The notes: generated from the sequence alone by a model not told the origin. A stretch of DNA of 64,000 bases from Zygnema circumcarinatum SAG 698-1b (GCA_037447605.1 CM074817.1:62001-126000); one strand, 5' to 3'. Shown: positions 1-12,830, numbered from the stretch's first letter. Program-made: numbers and translations.

Positions 1-130
1 TACATGACAAGACACATCCATAAAGACGTCGTAACGTATGCATTGCTGGTCCGTACTGGTCCTTAGCAACACAAAGAAAGAAAGAAAGAAAGAAAGGACC
101 CATGAAGGTATCGCCTTCATTCATGGCTTC

Positions 131-3100
131 TCAGCCTCCGCCTTCTTCCTCCTCCAGGTCATCCTCTAAGGGAATCTCATCCGGATCTGCCAACGGTTCA
201 CTTTTGGCGCGTTCCATCTCGTCCACATCGTCAAGTACCGAGTCGTCCTCTGATTGGCCGGACTCCCTCATTGGCGGCTTCCATCCAGCCTCTGCTAAGC
301 ACACAAATGGAGGAAAAGAAAAAAAACAGATAGTCAGTTTTCTGAGCAAAAAGGGGGAACATTCGTTTTTTGGGGGTGTAGGGGAAGGACAGCAGAAGGT
401 TCAACAAATGAGGTTTACCAGATCCACTCGGTGGACTCGTGTCAAGTGTGAACGGCAGCTCGAGCAGGTTCAAAAAAGCTTCTGTCTGCGGGTTCTTAAC
501 GCCACCTGGCAGAAAATTCAACAACATACGTCGATTTCAAAAGAAAAAAAACAGATAACCTTTGACTAAAAGTCGGCAAACCACTCTTGAATAAAGTACA
601 AGTGTGTAGGATTGGAACGAACTTGGCTTACTGAATGCTGCAGGAAATCCTCCTCTTCCTCCTGTTCTCCGTTGCGGATCGTACAACGGAACTGTAACAC
701 AGAAATTGTTGGGAACAACGGCGCTCCGTTGTGACAGCTGGCACTTTACCCACTCCCTATGACTCTCCACATCAATCGGAACCTTCCTGGAAACACCCCA
801 ATTTCCTTCCACTAAAAATTCAGTATACCCCATAAGATATGGAGAAAGCAAGATAATGTCTTGTACATTGGCTGTCAGAAACAGAGACGGAGCAAAGGAA
901 AAAGGGTCCAATTCAGAAAGATTTTTTTCGGGCAGGAAAAAGAAGTTTTTCATCTTACGGATATTGGGCAGGAGCCCTGGAAAGAGGCATGAATGGATGG
1001 TATGCTCGAGTGATTGCCAGCCATTCCTCGTCATATGAAAATTCTAACGGACCGTCGACATTAGGAAAATCAACGACCTATCCAGAAAGAGCAAAACCCA
1101 AATTTTAAAAAAAGTTCGAAAAAAAAAGTTTGGGTCTAGTTAAGAATGTATACTTGCCTTTTGGTGGCAATGATTAAACAGAGAGATAAAACTGAAGTTG
1201 AAAATTTTCATGGAAAAGTGAAGGAAGAGGAAAAGGGGACGAGGGGCGTACTTGCAAAAAATGTTTTCTGGGCAGGCATTTGTCGAGGGCTAGAAATTTT
1301 GTGGTCTGCCCGCTGCTATGTTGAACAAGGGCTGCAAATTTGACATGGAGATGGGCCGCGAACCAATAGGAGGGCTGCAGACTGGTCAGCAGCTTCATGC
1401 TAGGAGCACTTCCCAGAATGTTTTTTTGCACCTGCCCGACGCCACGGCTCATTTCAGAAAAAAATTTCTTACCTTTCAAAACTGACATAAAATAATGACG
1501 AGAGCAAGTGGAGATGCGATTCCTCGCTCTCTCTCTCCCTCTCTCGCCCTCTTTCTTTCTCTCTCCTTCTCGCCCCCTCTCTCTCTCTCTCTCGCCCTCT
1601 TTCTCTCTCTCTCTCGCCCTCTTTCTCTCTCTCTCGCTCGCCCTCTTTCTCTCTCTCTCTCTCTCCCTCTTTCTCTCTCCCTCTCTCGCCCTCTTTCTCT
1701 CTCTCTCTCCCCCCCCCTCTCTTCGTTCAGGCCTCCAGCTTACTTCGTCTCGAAAAAATGGTTTCCTCTGTAGTAGCTCCCGCTGGTTGCCGTGTGCCGT
1801 TACCCCTCTCGGCCAATCGTGTGACAGCATCACATCCAACGGTTCTCGCACTTCTAGAAGCTTCCGAACCTCGTACTCGCGAATGTGATAAACGGATCTC
1901 ATGTCGGAATTGTTGTACGGAGGCCGTTCAAAATGACCTGTTCCATGTAAAGAGATTCCCGTTAGGCACTTTAGTCAACCAGTGACCAAAGGTTCTCAAA
2001 GGTTGTTGTTGCACCAAAGAGAGTCTTTAGAAGCTGAAATTTGGCAAGTTTGGGCAATGTAATCTCCTTCCTTTAGCAGTTTCAAGAGGGAAACTTCAGA
2101 TGTTTAAGAGATTAGATGGAAACAAAGGATTTTGCCCGAAAAATAACGGGGAAAAAAGGATAAAAAGAAAGGTTTGAATTGTTCGTACCTGCATGATAGT
2201 CATGGGGTTTGTAAATGCCGGAGAGCCCCCCTATTCTCAGACCCCCAAACCGTACAACTCCCGCAAAGCCGAGAAAGAAAATGTTTGGGGCTGCCCAGCC
2301 TCCATAGAACCTGCCCTGGCCATTCAAAACCCAATTAAACAAAAGAGAAAAATGTTAATTACTTTTCAAGAACAACAAAATGGAATTTTAAGCCGATGCT
2401 CTTACTTTTTCGAGCCAAAAAAGTCACCACACTCTCTCCGTCTGTCTAGCCCTCTCTCCCTCTCTCTCTCTCTCTCTCACTCACATGCGACTTGACATCT
2501 GAGCGGAGGACTTTTTGAGAAGCTAAAGCTTACAATTCCCAGAGATAGTTGGATGCTTCGTGGTTTCCTCCTACAAAAAGGGTGGGGTAGGGAGCCTTCT
2601 CTATTCCCGCGTAGTATTTCCAAAAAGTGTTCATCGCTCGAAACTTTACAGGACATGCCAGAGACTCCAAATCGGCTTCATTACGGACAGCCTGGAAAAG
2701 CAATAGAGACCCAATAGCAAAAACGAGAGACAGAGAGTGAGGGAGAGAGTGAGAAAGCATACAGTTTTTTTGGGGGGGTGGGGGGGGGGCGGGAGCGGAT
2801 GGAGGGGGAGAGAGAGGGACGGACAAATAAGGAGAGAGGGAGTGAGCGAGGTAGGCTAAGGAAGGGTGAGAGAACGAAAAAAAGTAAGGAAACGAAAACT
2901 ACAGAGAGCCGGCGAAGTCTACCCTTCCTTCTTGGCGAGGCAAGGATAAATTTGAAAGCTGGCAAGAAAGCACATTTGTGAAGTAGAAAGCGTGCATATG
3001 TGTGTGTGTTTGTGAGAGAGAGAGAGAGCGGCCAAAAGAGAGGTACAAGGAGAAGTGGAGAAGAGGGAGAACGAGAAAGCGAGAGGGAGAGAAAGATATA

Positions 3101-3402
3101 GAGAGTGGTAGAAAGTGAGAGAGAAAGACCTGGAAATCGCCACAGCAAATAAGAAGGTCGGTTTTGATGCCTTCGTGAGCCTCTGCATGCTGCAGCGTTG
3201 CGTAGATGTTCTCCAGCTCGCCATGCGCGCAGCCCTGCACTGCGATCTGCCGCCCGCCACCATTCTAATGTATTGAATGAAGTCTATAATACTGAGAAGA
3301 CTGAAATTTACAGAGTTTCAATAGTACCTAAGTATAGAAAAAGTGTCTTGAAGAAGGGCTCCGATGGGAGGTAAAGGAATCTCTCGCAGAGATCCCCAGG
3401 AA

Positions 3403-3434
<32 letters not shown>

Positions 3435-3720
3435 CTCCTCTCCCCCCCTCCACCCCTCCCTCCTCTCTCCTCCCGTCCGTCCGTCCGTCTCCCCTTCTCC
3501 CTCTCATTCACTCTCCCTCTCTCTCTCTCTCGCTCTCTCACGCTCTTGGCCTGGGAATCCTTAACAGTTTAAGTGGTTTTTAGGGTTTCCAGGGCCTGCA
3601 TAGCGCTTCAGGCTTCTTGAATTATCCAGGAGCCGATGACAGTTGGCACTGCGGAAATGTGCAGAAAAAGAAACCTAAAAGTGGGAGACGGACACTTCTG
3701 CGCTTCACTTTTACCTTCAT
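131..3720 (-). CDS. DBR1: RNA lariat debranching enzyme (multi-exon)
   Basis: The micro first exon ATGAAG|gt (3720-3715) splices to cag|ATCGCAGTG (3246), giving [17 protein letters not shown]. Later exons carry [59 protein letters not shown] and NPQTEAFL, and an acidic tail [11 protein letters not shown] ending at TGA 131-133. Confidence 0.95.
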
Positions 3721-4120
3721 GTGAAGAGACGATTTCTCTCCTTCTTCTTATGCAGGTCCAACTGCATTCACCAACCAACGCAAACTTTGCTGCAGGTTTA
3801 CGAAAGAGTCGATGTTTCAGTTTAGGGTTAACGAGTACGAAAACTTATGCAGGTACTCGTTTAGCCCTCTTTTTCTTCACTCAAAAAAGAGATAATTGCA
3901 ATTGCGGCATTCAGTATTGTAGGATTTATTATTCTGAGAGATGCAGAGGAGCTGCAGGATTAGGGTTAGGGTTCGAATTAGGGTTAGGGCTAGTCCCTAG
4001 TCTGCCCTCTTCCTCTAAATATTCAGCGAACCCTAACTGCCATAGAGACGGTACCGTACGGATGTCATACCGTACGCAAACATGTGGACAAGTTTTGTAA
4101 TTGTTTTCATCAAAAATGTG

Positions 4121-5063
4121 GGTAGTGATATTTCCATCCCTTTTTTGGATCCAAACACCCCTTCCCGGCCGGGCAGATTTCAAAAAGGATTAAAAACGGA
4201 AAAGGCCTTTTTCACACCTTTTTGGAATCGATACCCACCCTCCATCGGCAGATCATATTTTTGCGAAACAAGGAAAATGACAACCCGTCACCCCATTTTG
4301 AATATCCCGCCTATCTAAATTTTTTTTCACGCGTGCGGTCAATCGCAGCCGTCGATTCCCTCGCAGATCGCAACACGGCAGATCAATATTCGATCTGCAG
4401 CCGGGCTCGGTCACAGCGAATGGCACTTTCCCACGTATCCCGCCAAACTCGTCTCAAAAGTTTGTCCGTACAAATTGCGTACGGTCGCAACTCTGAGGAA
4501 CCCAAAATTTCATACATTGAGAGCTTGAACCAATCAAAAATTTTCCACGTCGATATGTAACACGTGGCAAATGTTGAATGGCTAGAAGCTGGCAATGACG
4601 AGATCTCGGGCCGAGGGACGCGCGCACTCGCCCGTGCGATCCGGCTTTGACGGGACTCGTGGGCGCTTTCCATTCGCTGAGATCGAGCCCGGCTGCAGAT
4701 CGAACGGTGATCTGCCGTGGTGCGATCTGCGAGGGAATCGACACCTGCGATTGACACACACGTGTGAAGGACGGACAACCGCGAACGATCTCATGGCGGA
4801 CGGATCTTCCGCCCCGAGCGGATTCGGGCAGGCAGATATTTCTTTCCCTCTAAAAAAAAATTCAGGGAGGCGGGATACAGTATTCAAAATGCAGTGACGG
4901 GGTATCATTTTCCTTAGTTAGCAAAAATAAAATCAGCCGACGGAAGGTGGGTATCGATTCCAAAAAGGTGTGAAAAAAGCATTTTCCGTTTTTAATCCTT
5001 TTTGAAAGCTGCCCGGCGGAAAGGGGTGTTTGGATCCAAAAAAGGGGTGGAAATATCACTACC
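4121..5063. repeat. Long imperfect inverted repeat (foldback/MITE-like), arms ~4121-4449 and ~4643-5063
   Basis: ggtagtgatatttccatcccttttttggatccaaacaccc (4121) matches the reverse complement of 5024-5063. gtcgattccctcgcagatcgca..cggcagatc..ttcgatctgcagccgggctcg matches the reverse complement of ~4680-4742. The right arm has an extra ~80 nt. Confidence 0.85.
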
Positions 5064-5189
5064 CCAAAAATGTCACCGCAATTTTTCTTAGAGTGGATAC
5101 GGTACGGATAGCGGTCACGCGGAATTTGTCGTGACGTGGGGAAGATCGGACGGCATCGCAGCCGTCTGCCTGATTTGGAAAGGATCTGA

Positions 5190-5352
5190 CGTGACGTACT
5201 CCCATTGGTTGGGGCTGAACCCAACACTTGCTGAATTCTAATGATTGTCTACGTGGCATGCTATGATTGGTTGTAATTGGCCGGAAATTCGGATACGTGG
5301 CGTTCTCCCATTGGTGGAGCTGTTCCCAACACTCGCCGAACTCTCATTGATT
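5190..5352. repeat. Diverged direct duplication (~100-nt period) containing ACGT and ATTGG (CCAAT) motifs
   Basis: ctcccattggttggggctgaacccaacacttgctgaattctaatgatt versus ctcccattggtggagctgttcccaacactcgccgaactctcattgatt. Confidence 0.6.
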
Positions 5353-6164
5353 ATTGGGTAGCGAAAATAAGAGGGGCGAAAATATTGGGGGTCTACTGTA
5401 GCAGAGACAAGTGCAGAAATCTCATTTGTGGCTACGTGGTACGCTGCTGTTGGTCTGTTTGTCTCCACACACGTGCAGACAAGTCACTGATTTACCACGT
5501 GTCGAGCTCTAATTGCTATGTTCTGTACCGGCGCGTGCGAGCCTCTCGTCGATCATCACGCTATCGTCTGTTTGGCGGCGCCGCCATTTGCAGATTTTGA
5601 ATTTTTTAAAGTGCACAAAATATTGACAATTTTGTCTCACGAATGTGATCGAATGGACGGGGGGAGACATGGCTTTGCATGCCCCAATGGCTCCATACAA
5701 CTCGTTTGGCGTTTTGTGGGCATTGGCTATGACTTTATCGTGTATGGCATGAGTACAACATGTTCAGCACCATTCATGGCATGAACATTGCTTCCAACAT
5801 GTTTCCATGTGACCAACATCATGTCATGGCATTGACATGATCATCAACATGGCATCCATGTCAACATCAACCATGGCTCCATGTCCTCATCGCATTCCAT
5901 GATGACAGCATTTGGGAACATGGGCATGACATTGCCATTGCAATCTGCCCAAGTGAAGATCAAACCCTTGAATTCTCTTGGACAAGGAGAATAGAAGCAG
6001 CCTTTGGAATAAACCACCATACAGAAAGTGCAACTATGATCCTGCGCACCATCTTATAACGTCTTACCATCTTATCTCTGCCTGTATCTCCTAACCCTAA
6101 TTCCAACCAACCCTAATGTCCTCGTGGTTTCAAGCCCCACTCCAGCTCTCCTTTTTGCTCCTGT

Positions 6165-6203
6165 CTAACCCTAACCCTAACCCTAACCCTAACCCTAACC
6201 CTA
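6165..6203. repeat. Interstitial telomere-like (CTAACC)6 array
   Basis: Perfect TTAGGG-type hexamers on the minus strand, plus scattered ACCCTAA copies at 6090-6116. Confidence 0.85.
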
Positions 6204-7573
6204 GTTCTACTGTATACGGAACCACAGAATCTCGAAGAATGATAATTACATAAGCAGATCCATTTCCCTACTCAGAAAGTCTCCCACATTAACGAACAAC
6301 AGGGATGTGAAACAGCACACAGATTGCCACATTCATGTCTTCAGAGCATCTGAAAAGGTTCAGAAAGAAAATTTATGTTGAAAACCCCACAGTACAAAAA
6401 GGGGCTGATAATAAAGCCACCGAAATGGACATTGAAAAGAAAAAAAAAGAAAAAGAAAGGGGGAACTGAAAAGAGGAAATTGATTCCTCCAACTAAGCCT
6501 GAAATCTCTGAATCTCTACTGACTTTATCAAAAGCTTTTTTGTTTCGGCATCATCTCTCACAATGGAAGTTTTCAACTTCCCACTCCAGCAGTGCTGGTG
6601 GAAGGAGAGGGAAAGGAGGCAGAGAAAATCCTGCACAGCTAAACCCTCTCCTCCTGCTCTAAACTATTGTGATCCAGGCAGCTAGAATTGGAGCTGCTTA
6701 CAGTCTAAAGGCCACCATCCCAATAAAGAAAAATGAAAGTAAACCAATGGTCTTGATAAACTCCGAGCTCGAGTTATAATAAAAAAAAAAGTCGCAGTCC
6801 ACCAGAAAAGTAAACAAAAGGTGAGCCGAATTTCGGTCTTCCCTTGACATGTGCAGTTAGTTGATCGGTGGCTTATTGCGAAAGTTGAACCGGCGAGAGA
6901 CCAGAAGTGGCTTAAATCTGTCATTTCCTCGACAATATGTACAGGTGAGAGAAGAAAAATCTTCTATTCTTCTCCATCTCCTCGTCTTCTTTCTTCGTCT
7001 TCTTCCCTTTGTCGATTGAAGCAACGAATGTGAAATGAATAAAGAAATTGTGGGAGCTGCAGCAAAGCGAGTGCGGTACCCAATGTAGAACCCCTCTCTG
7101 TACATCAAAATAAACTTCTGACTATTTCTTCACTCTCCATGAAACAGGTGTGAGGTGGGGTTTATCTCCCCCTCCACTGCAATTCTTGCCCTGTCTTTTT
7201 GAATAGAGAATCCGCCAATCTAACCCCTTCTATTCTTCTTCATCACCTCCCCCTTTAGCCGGCTCAACTCTGGCTTCCGGTTCCGACCCCATCTTTGGGA
7301 CCGTTATTAGGAGATTACAAAATCCTTTGGATTCTTCTATTAGCATGGAGCCTTTGAATACTGTTGTCGCCTACTACTACTCTCCTTCTCCTCCTCAGTA
7401 GCCACAAACAGAGAATCTATCCCCCTTATCTCTCTCCCCTTTCCACTTCTCCCTTTCTCCCATCCTTTACCGACAGTCATTCATACTCATCTGACCCTTC
7501 AGAAAACTTCAAAACCACTCCCTGCACCCCCCCCCCTCCCTCTCCCCCTAGACTCTCTCTCTCTCCCCCTCAC

Positions 7574-9370
7574 TCACTTCTCCAGTAAAATGGGAGACCC
7601 TGGCGACTGCCGGCTCTCCAAGGGTCCCCTTGGGGACTTAGTGCGTCTTCGCCCCTCCCCCCATCCACACAAATACGTTTCTTTCTCTCCCTCTACTCCA
7701 CTCAGTGACTCCCCTCCACTCCTTTTCCTCACATCCCCTTCCCACTCACTCTCCTCCTCATTCGCTCTCTCTGTTCGACAAGCAGCCTTTCGCTTCCGAT
7801 ACTGCGGAACCCGGAAGGAAGCCTCTCCCTTCCCCCCTTTCCCTCCTTTCTTCTCCACAGACATTGTGGAGCATATGTCGACAAAGTCTCTTTCAGAGGT
7901 TTTCTGTGTGACTTGCACTCTCCTTCCCCAAGCTATCTGCTCCGCCATAGGCACCTCCTCCCTCCTTTCTCTCCCTGCAGCCTGAACTCCTCCCTCTCCT
8001 CCACTCTTCACTCTCTTCACCACTCCCTCCACCTCCCTCTCTCCACTCCTCTCCATCTCTCTCAAAAACGTCACCTCCATACCCTCCACTTCCTTCTTCT
8101 CCTCCTCTGCCTCTTCTCCCACTACCACCACCACCTCTTCTTCCTGCTCCATGACTACTTCCTCTCCCTCCCCCTCTCCCACTCCTAATCCCTCTCCCTC
8201 CCTCTCCCTCCCGCAGAACATAGAAAACCACTCATCTTTCAGCACCTCCTCCGCGGTGGGTCTGACCTCCTCCATCGACAGCATTCTCCGAATGAGCTTT
8301 TTTGCAGCCTCCGAAACCTCCCCCCATGGATGCTCAGAAAAATCTACCACCCCCTTCTTTATAGCCTCAAAAATCAACTTCTCACTGGGGCCCCAGAATG
8401 GGGGCACCCCACACAATAATATATACAAAACTACCCCCAAAGACCAAACATCTGCCTTCTTCCCATAGGACTCTCCACACACCACCTCCGGGGCCATATA
8501 AAATGGCGACCCAGCCATCCCCTTCACCTCCTCCTCCCCCTCCAAAAACAAAGCGAGCCCAAAATCCGCCACCTTCACTGTCGTCGTAATTTTGGTCAAA
8601 TTCGCGGTTCCCACCTCCCATTTCTCCTTAATTAAGAGATTCTCCGGCTTCAAATCGCGATGAATCACATTGTTCCTGTGCATGTGAGCCACTACACCGC
8701 AAATTCCTCCAAACATTTGCGCCGCCTTCGCTTCCGAGTAATGCTTCACGGCCAATATCTGATCATACAGCTCCCCTCCTTCACATATCTCCATCACCAA
8801 ATGTACGGCCTCTCTGTCTTCTAGCGCCTCCTTCATCTGCACCACATTGGGGTGCCCCGAAAGCGCCGACAAAATCTCTATCTCTCTCCGCACATCCTCT
8901 CTCTCCCCCTCCGACTTCATCGCGCTCTTCTCCAACGTTTTACATGCGAACCTCTCGCCAGTTTTCAGTTCCGTGCAGGCCCGCACCACCCCATAGTGGC
9001 CCCTCCCCAGCTCCTCCTTCAGCTCGAAGGAGCTTCGCACGTGTGGGGTCTGCGAGCGCAGGACAGCTGTCGACTGCTCATTGGTCCGCCAGATCGTTCT
9101 TCGCACCTTGCGGTTACTCCAGCAGGGGAGGGGGAGGGAGGTGGGAGAGGGGGAGGGAGAGGGGGAGGGAGAGGGGGAGAAGCTGCTACTCTCTCTCTCG
9201 GCCTCTCTCGCTGGGTAGGAGGGGACCACATCTCTCCTCCTCACTCTCAAACTCCGCCTTTGTTTCTTCATGGGCTGCTCCACTACCACGTTCTCCTCCA
9301 TCCTGCGAGACTCCTCCCTCCTCCTCTTCTGTAACTCCATCATCTCCCTCTCACTGTATCCCCCTCTCAC
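7574..9370 (-). CDS. Intronless CAMK-group Ser/Thr kinase, CDPK/PEPKR-like, without EF-hands
   Basis: 598-aa ORF with GRGHYG, FACK, HRDLKPEN, DFG, APE and DVWSLGVVLYILLCGVPPFWG. The C-terminus is Glu-rich and no EF-hand motifs are visible. Confidence 0.9.
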   Translation of the reverse strand: MRGGYSEREMMELQKRRREESRRMEENVVVEQPMKKQRRSLRVRRRDVVPSYPAREAERESSSFSPSPSPSPSPSPTSLPLPCWSNRKVRRTIWRTNEQSTAVLRSQTPHVRSSFELKEELGRGHYGVVRACTELKTGERFACKTLEKSAMKSEGEREDVRREIEILSALSGHPNVVQMKEALEDREAVHLVMEICEGGELYDQILAVKHYSEAKAAQMFGGICGVVAHMHRNNVIHRDLKPENLLIKEKWEVGTANLTKITTTVKVADFGLALFLEGEEEVKGMAGSPFYMAPEVVCGESYGKKADVWSLGVVLYILLCGVPPFWGPSEKLIFEAIKKGVVDFSEHPWGEVSEAAKKLIRRMLSMEEVRPTAEEVLKDEWFSMFCGREREGEGLGVGEGEGEEVVMEQEEEVVVVVGEEAEEEKKEVEGMEVTFLREMERSGEREVEGVVKRVKSGGEGGVQAAGRERREEVPMAEQIAWGRRVQVTQKTSERDFVDICSTMSVEKKGGKGGKGEASFRVPQYRKRKAACRTERANEEESEWEGDVRKRSGGESLSGVEGEKETYLCGWGEGRRRTKSPRGPLESRQSPGSPILLEK

Positions 9371-10201
9371 TCTTTCTTCCTCTCTCTCTCTCTCTGGGCG
9401 TCAGCTCTACCTCTCTTCGTGGGTGCTCCCTTTCTCTCTCTCTCTCTCTCTGTCCGCTGTGCCTCTCTGTCTCCGTGTCTCTCACTCTCTCTCCCCCTCC
9501 ACCTGTGGTAGCCTCTGCCTGCAAGATCCCTCCGCCCTCTTAAAGGAGGCCAGCGAGAGGCGGTGGTGCCCACTCCGCTTTCGGAAGAGACTGCCACGTG
9601 CGGCGGGCGGCCGCCAAAACGTTTTTGGGCTGCCCGCGGGGCCGAAGGGGCGGGCGCGCGCCGCACGGCGAGGGGGGGACCAGCGCGGCGGGAAAAGTGG
9701 GAGGGAGGGAGGGACGGAGGGAGGGAGGGGCCCAAAGCGGCGGCGGAAGGGGGGGGGCCTATTGCGGGCAGGGGGCGGGCAGGGGGAACGTTTCTGGGGC
9801 AGGGGAAAGGTTTTTACGGGCAGAGCGTGGCGGGTTTTGGGCCATGTGAAAAGTTTGGGATTGGACGGTAGAGATTTGAGACGGGGGAAGAGGGGAAAAA
9901 GGGACGGTAGAGATTGGATTTTGGGGAGGAAAGCGACAGGAGGTGACAAAACGACAAATTATTGGGATCGGACAGGGGCGGATCTTCGAGAGGATTTTGG
10001 GGACGATTTTTGGGAAGAAAAGATTTAAAGAATTTTTTGGGAGGAGGGTTTTGTCGCGACGCGGGAAAGCTCGTTTGGTTTTGGGCGCGCCTTTATTGCG
10101 GGTTGGGCAATAATTCGGTTTATGGGGGAGGAAAAAAAATGATTTATTGGGTTCTGATTTATTGAGTTTGGCGCGCGCGCGGCTGCCGGGGTATGTAGAG
10201 A

Positions 10202-12013
10202 CACGTGGCGAGTGGTGAATGGTAAATGGAGATTTGAGATCTGGAAAGATCGAACTTATAAGAGCTCGGAGCCAATCAGAGAGCGGAAAAAGATTTGGCG
10301 CGCGGCTGGCGCAGGTCGCACGTGCGAATAAGTGGGCTTATAATGCAAGGATTTTCAGAAAGATTTTCTCGAATTTCTTACTTGTCGATTTTCTTGAGTT
10401 TTTGATTTTTCGATTTTTCTCAGCCGCAAGGGACTCCGAAGTGTCTGGACAAAGGCGGAGGAGATGCCGCCCCAAAACCAAAAAAAAGAAGAAAAAACAA
10501 AAATTCCCAGTGGGGGGTTGGTTTGTTGGTCGGGTGGTTGGCGATTTGCGGCGGTTGGCAAATTCCGTTATTTCCTTAATGGCATTTTTCTTTTCTGACC
10601 GCCGGCGGTTTGGGGCGCCACGCGGGCAGGAGTTGGGTACTCGACACGTGGTGGGGCCGCTTGTCCTTTGCAGGGGAAAGCGGTGGATCGGGCAGCGAAA
10701 CTTTTCAAAAAGGTTGCCCAAAAGAGGACCCTGAGAACGTCTCACCTGCCCGAGCCTCCGGGCAGCCCCTGAAAAGGCGACCCTCAGAACTACGACCAGT
10801 CGTTTGACACGCGCGCCAGGGAGTCAAACCTTTTGTCGTCTTGCGCCACATCAGCCTCCGTAATTGGCGCCGCCGGCCTCCGGCCCTGACCGAACGCGTC
10901 CGCGGGACGCGGGTCACGCTAGACGACAAAAAATCGTAGGGGCCGGCGGCAGATCCTCCACCGAATCTGGGCCCTCCTCCACACGTGCGCAAAAACGTGG
11001 CACTTTCCTAGTAGCCGCACGCCAAATCGCCGTAATAATGGGCTGCCGCCGTCTCGCACACGTGGCGCCTCCAGCCGCCGCTTACGCCAAAAGCGTACAG
11101 ACTCGGAACGTTTTAAGCCGTCGATTAGGACTGCCTACGGATCGGACGGCTGGAAAAGTCGTTTGTCCGCATGGCGCCCCCAACACGACAAAAAGCGCGT
11201 TGACCGGCCGGCCGCGGAAACGTGCGACGGACAAAACGCCGTCGGATTCGCTGCGCGATGTTTGGACCGTCCGATCGCAGCAAGCGAACCGGAGGGGCCG
11301 AATTGGCGGCAGGCAGGACCGTACTTTTTCCCTTCTGCTGCCCGCGCCGCCGTTTCCTCCTGCCGAAACGACCGAAATCGTTCCTCCCCCGCCCCATCCT
11401 GCCGCCCGCCGTCTACACGAGGGACCCACAAACCAATCATCGGCTCTCTTAACACCTGTGAGGCCCTTCAGACCAGTCCCCGGCCTCATTCGCACGTGCA
11501 GACCGTTCTCCTCCCCTCCGGGCCCCAAACGTCGCCCGCACGCACGCCTCGATCCGTACCAGAACCTGCCGACCAATCACAAGTGCTCAAAAGTCTCGCC
11601 GACCAATCAGAAGCGCCCAAAAGTCCCGCCGACCAATGGGAGCCCTCCGTCGGGAAGCGGGCCGCCGGCCGCTGACAGTTTGTCCGCCGCGCGCCCAAAA
11701 TGCGGGCGGAACGCGCGAGGTCGTGACAGGTGTCACGGTCAGCGGCGCCGCCCAGGCCTCCGCCGGGCGGCAGCCGGCGGCGGGATCGGTCACGACAAGA
11801 TGGGACACGTGACCGCTTCAGGACCGTCTGACGTGGCGCACATGCAAATGAGGAGATTTGGCAGACCCTCTGTTGGCCACGTCATTTTGTTGCCAGCGAG
11901 GATTGTATTTTGTCGGCATTGGAGCTTAGCGGCGGATGATTGGGCCACGTGGGTCAAACATCGCCACGCGCTGCCACGTCGGCAGGTGAAGCACGAGGGC
12001 TGGCGTACACGTG
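10202..12013. promoter_or_regulatory. G-box (CACGTG) cluster upstream of the kinase gene
   Basis: CACGTG at 10202, 10319, 10645, 10982, 11059, 11493, 11806, 11946 and 12008, plus ACGTGGC/CCACGT half-sites. Confidence 0.5.
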
Positions 12014-12830
12014 TCTTGTACGGACACACGCGGTGTAATGTACGGACACACGTAGAAAGTAACTTTTGTCCATGCAGCAAAGCTTCAACTGCGGATCTGT
12101 GTGAAATTTGGAAAATATTTTTACTGAACGGGAATGTCGGCGGCATGGAACAAGGTCTCACAGTTTCCGAGAACAACATTGAGCATGAGACGCGCATGTT
12201 GGACACGTTTGGCGACTCCACAACTTTTTTCAAGTTTTTTGTTGTGTTCCGCATGGCCCTTGGGAGCTGGCCAACCGCAACTACAATGGTGGCCGTTCTG
12301 AACTCTTTGCCGCGCAACCAATGAAAGCCATGGGCCCAAATTCTACTCTTTTAGGGTTTGCACATTGCTTTTTGTGCCGTTCAATGTTGAAAAGTTTGAG
12401 ATTGAATCTCCTCCATCATGCGCATGTAAACCCACAAAAAAACCATTAAAAAAAAACCCGGTTAAGAGTAGAGCAGAATCCCAAAAAACCCGACACAAAA
12501 TTGTAAGAATTTTTTTTTTTTTGGAACCAAAAATGCTTACCTGCTTATCTACTGAGATCGCACTACCCACCCCCCAAAAAAAAAAAAATCCCCAAATGCC
12601 ATCCCTCCCTATGCAAATTATGAACAAATATCTACGCTCCCTTCTTACAATCCGCCCCCCCCTGTCCCTCTCCCTCCCCTCTACCCTCCCTCCCCTCACT
12701 CTCCCCTACCTCTCTTTCCCCTCCCCCTCCCCGTCCCCTCTCACTCCCCTCTCTCCCCTTTCCCCTCCCCCCCCCCGCCCTTCCCCTTCCGAAAAAAAAA
12801 AATTTGAAAACAAATTACGAAAAGGGGCCG

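Noticed and set aside
5640-7110. Possible small gene or telomerase-RNA-like ncRNA near the (CTAACC)6 array
   Set aside because: A donor-like ATG|GTAAGA at ~6069 yields only a 26-aa peptide. A six-unit array is not a 1.5-repeat template, and I identified no USE/TATA Pol III promoter.
10864-12324. 486-aa + strand ORF
   Set aside because: Arg/Pro/Ala-biased, with no recognisable domain and overlapping ORFs in several frames. Consistent with a GC-rich, motif-dense non-coding region.
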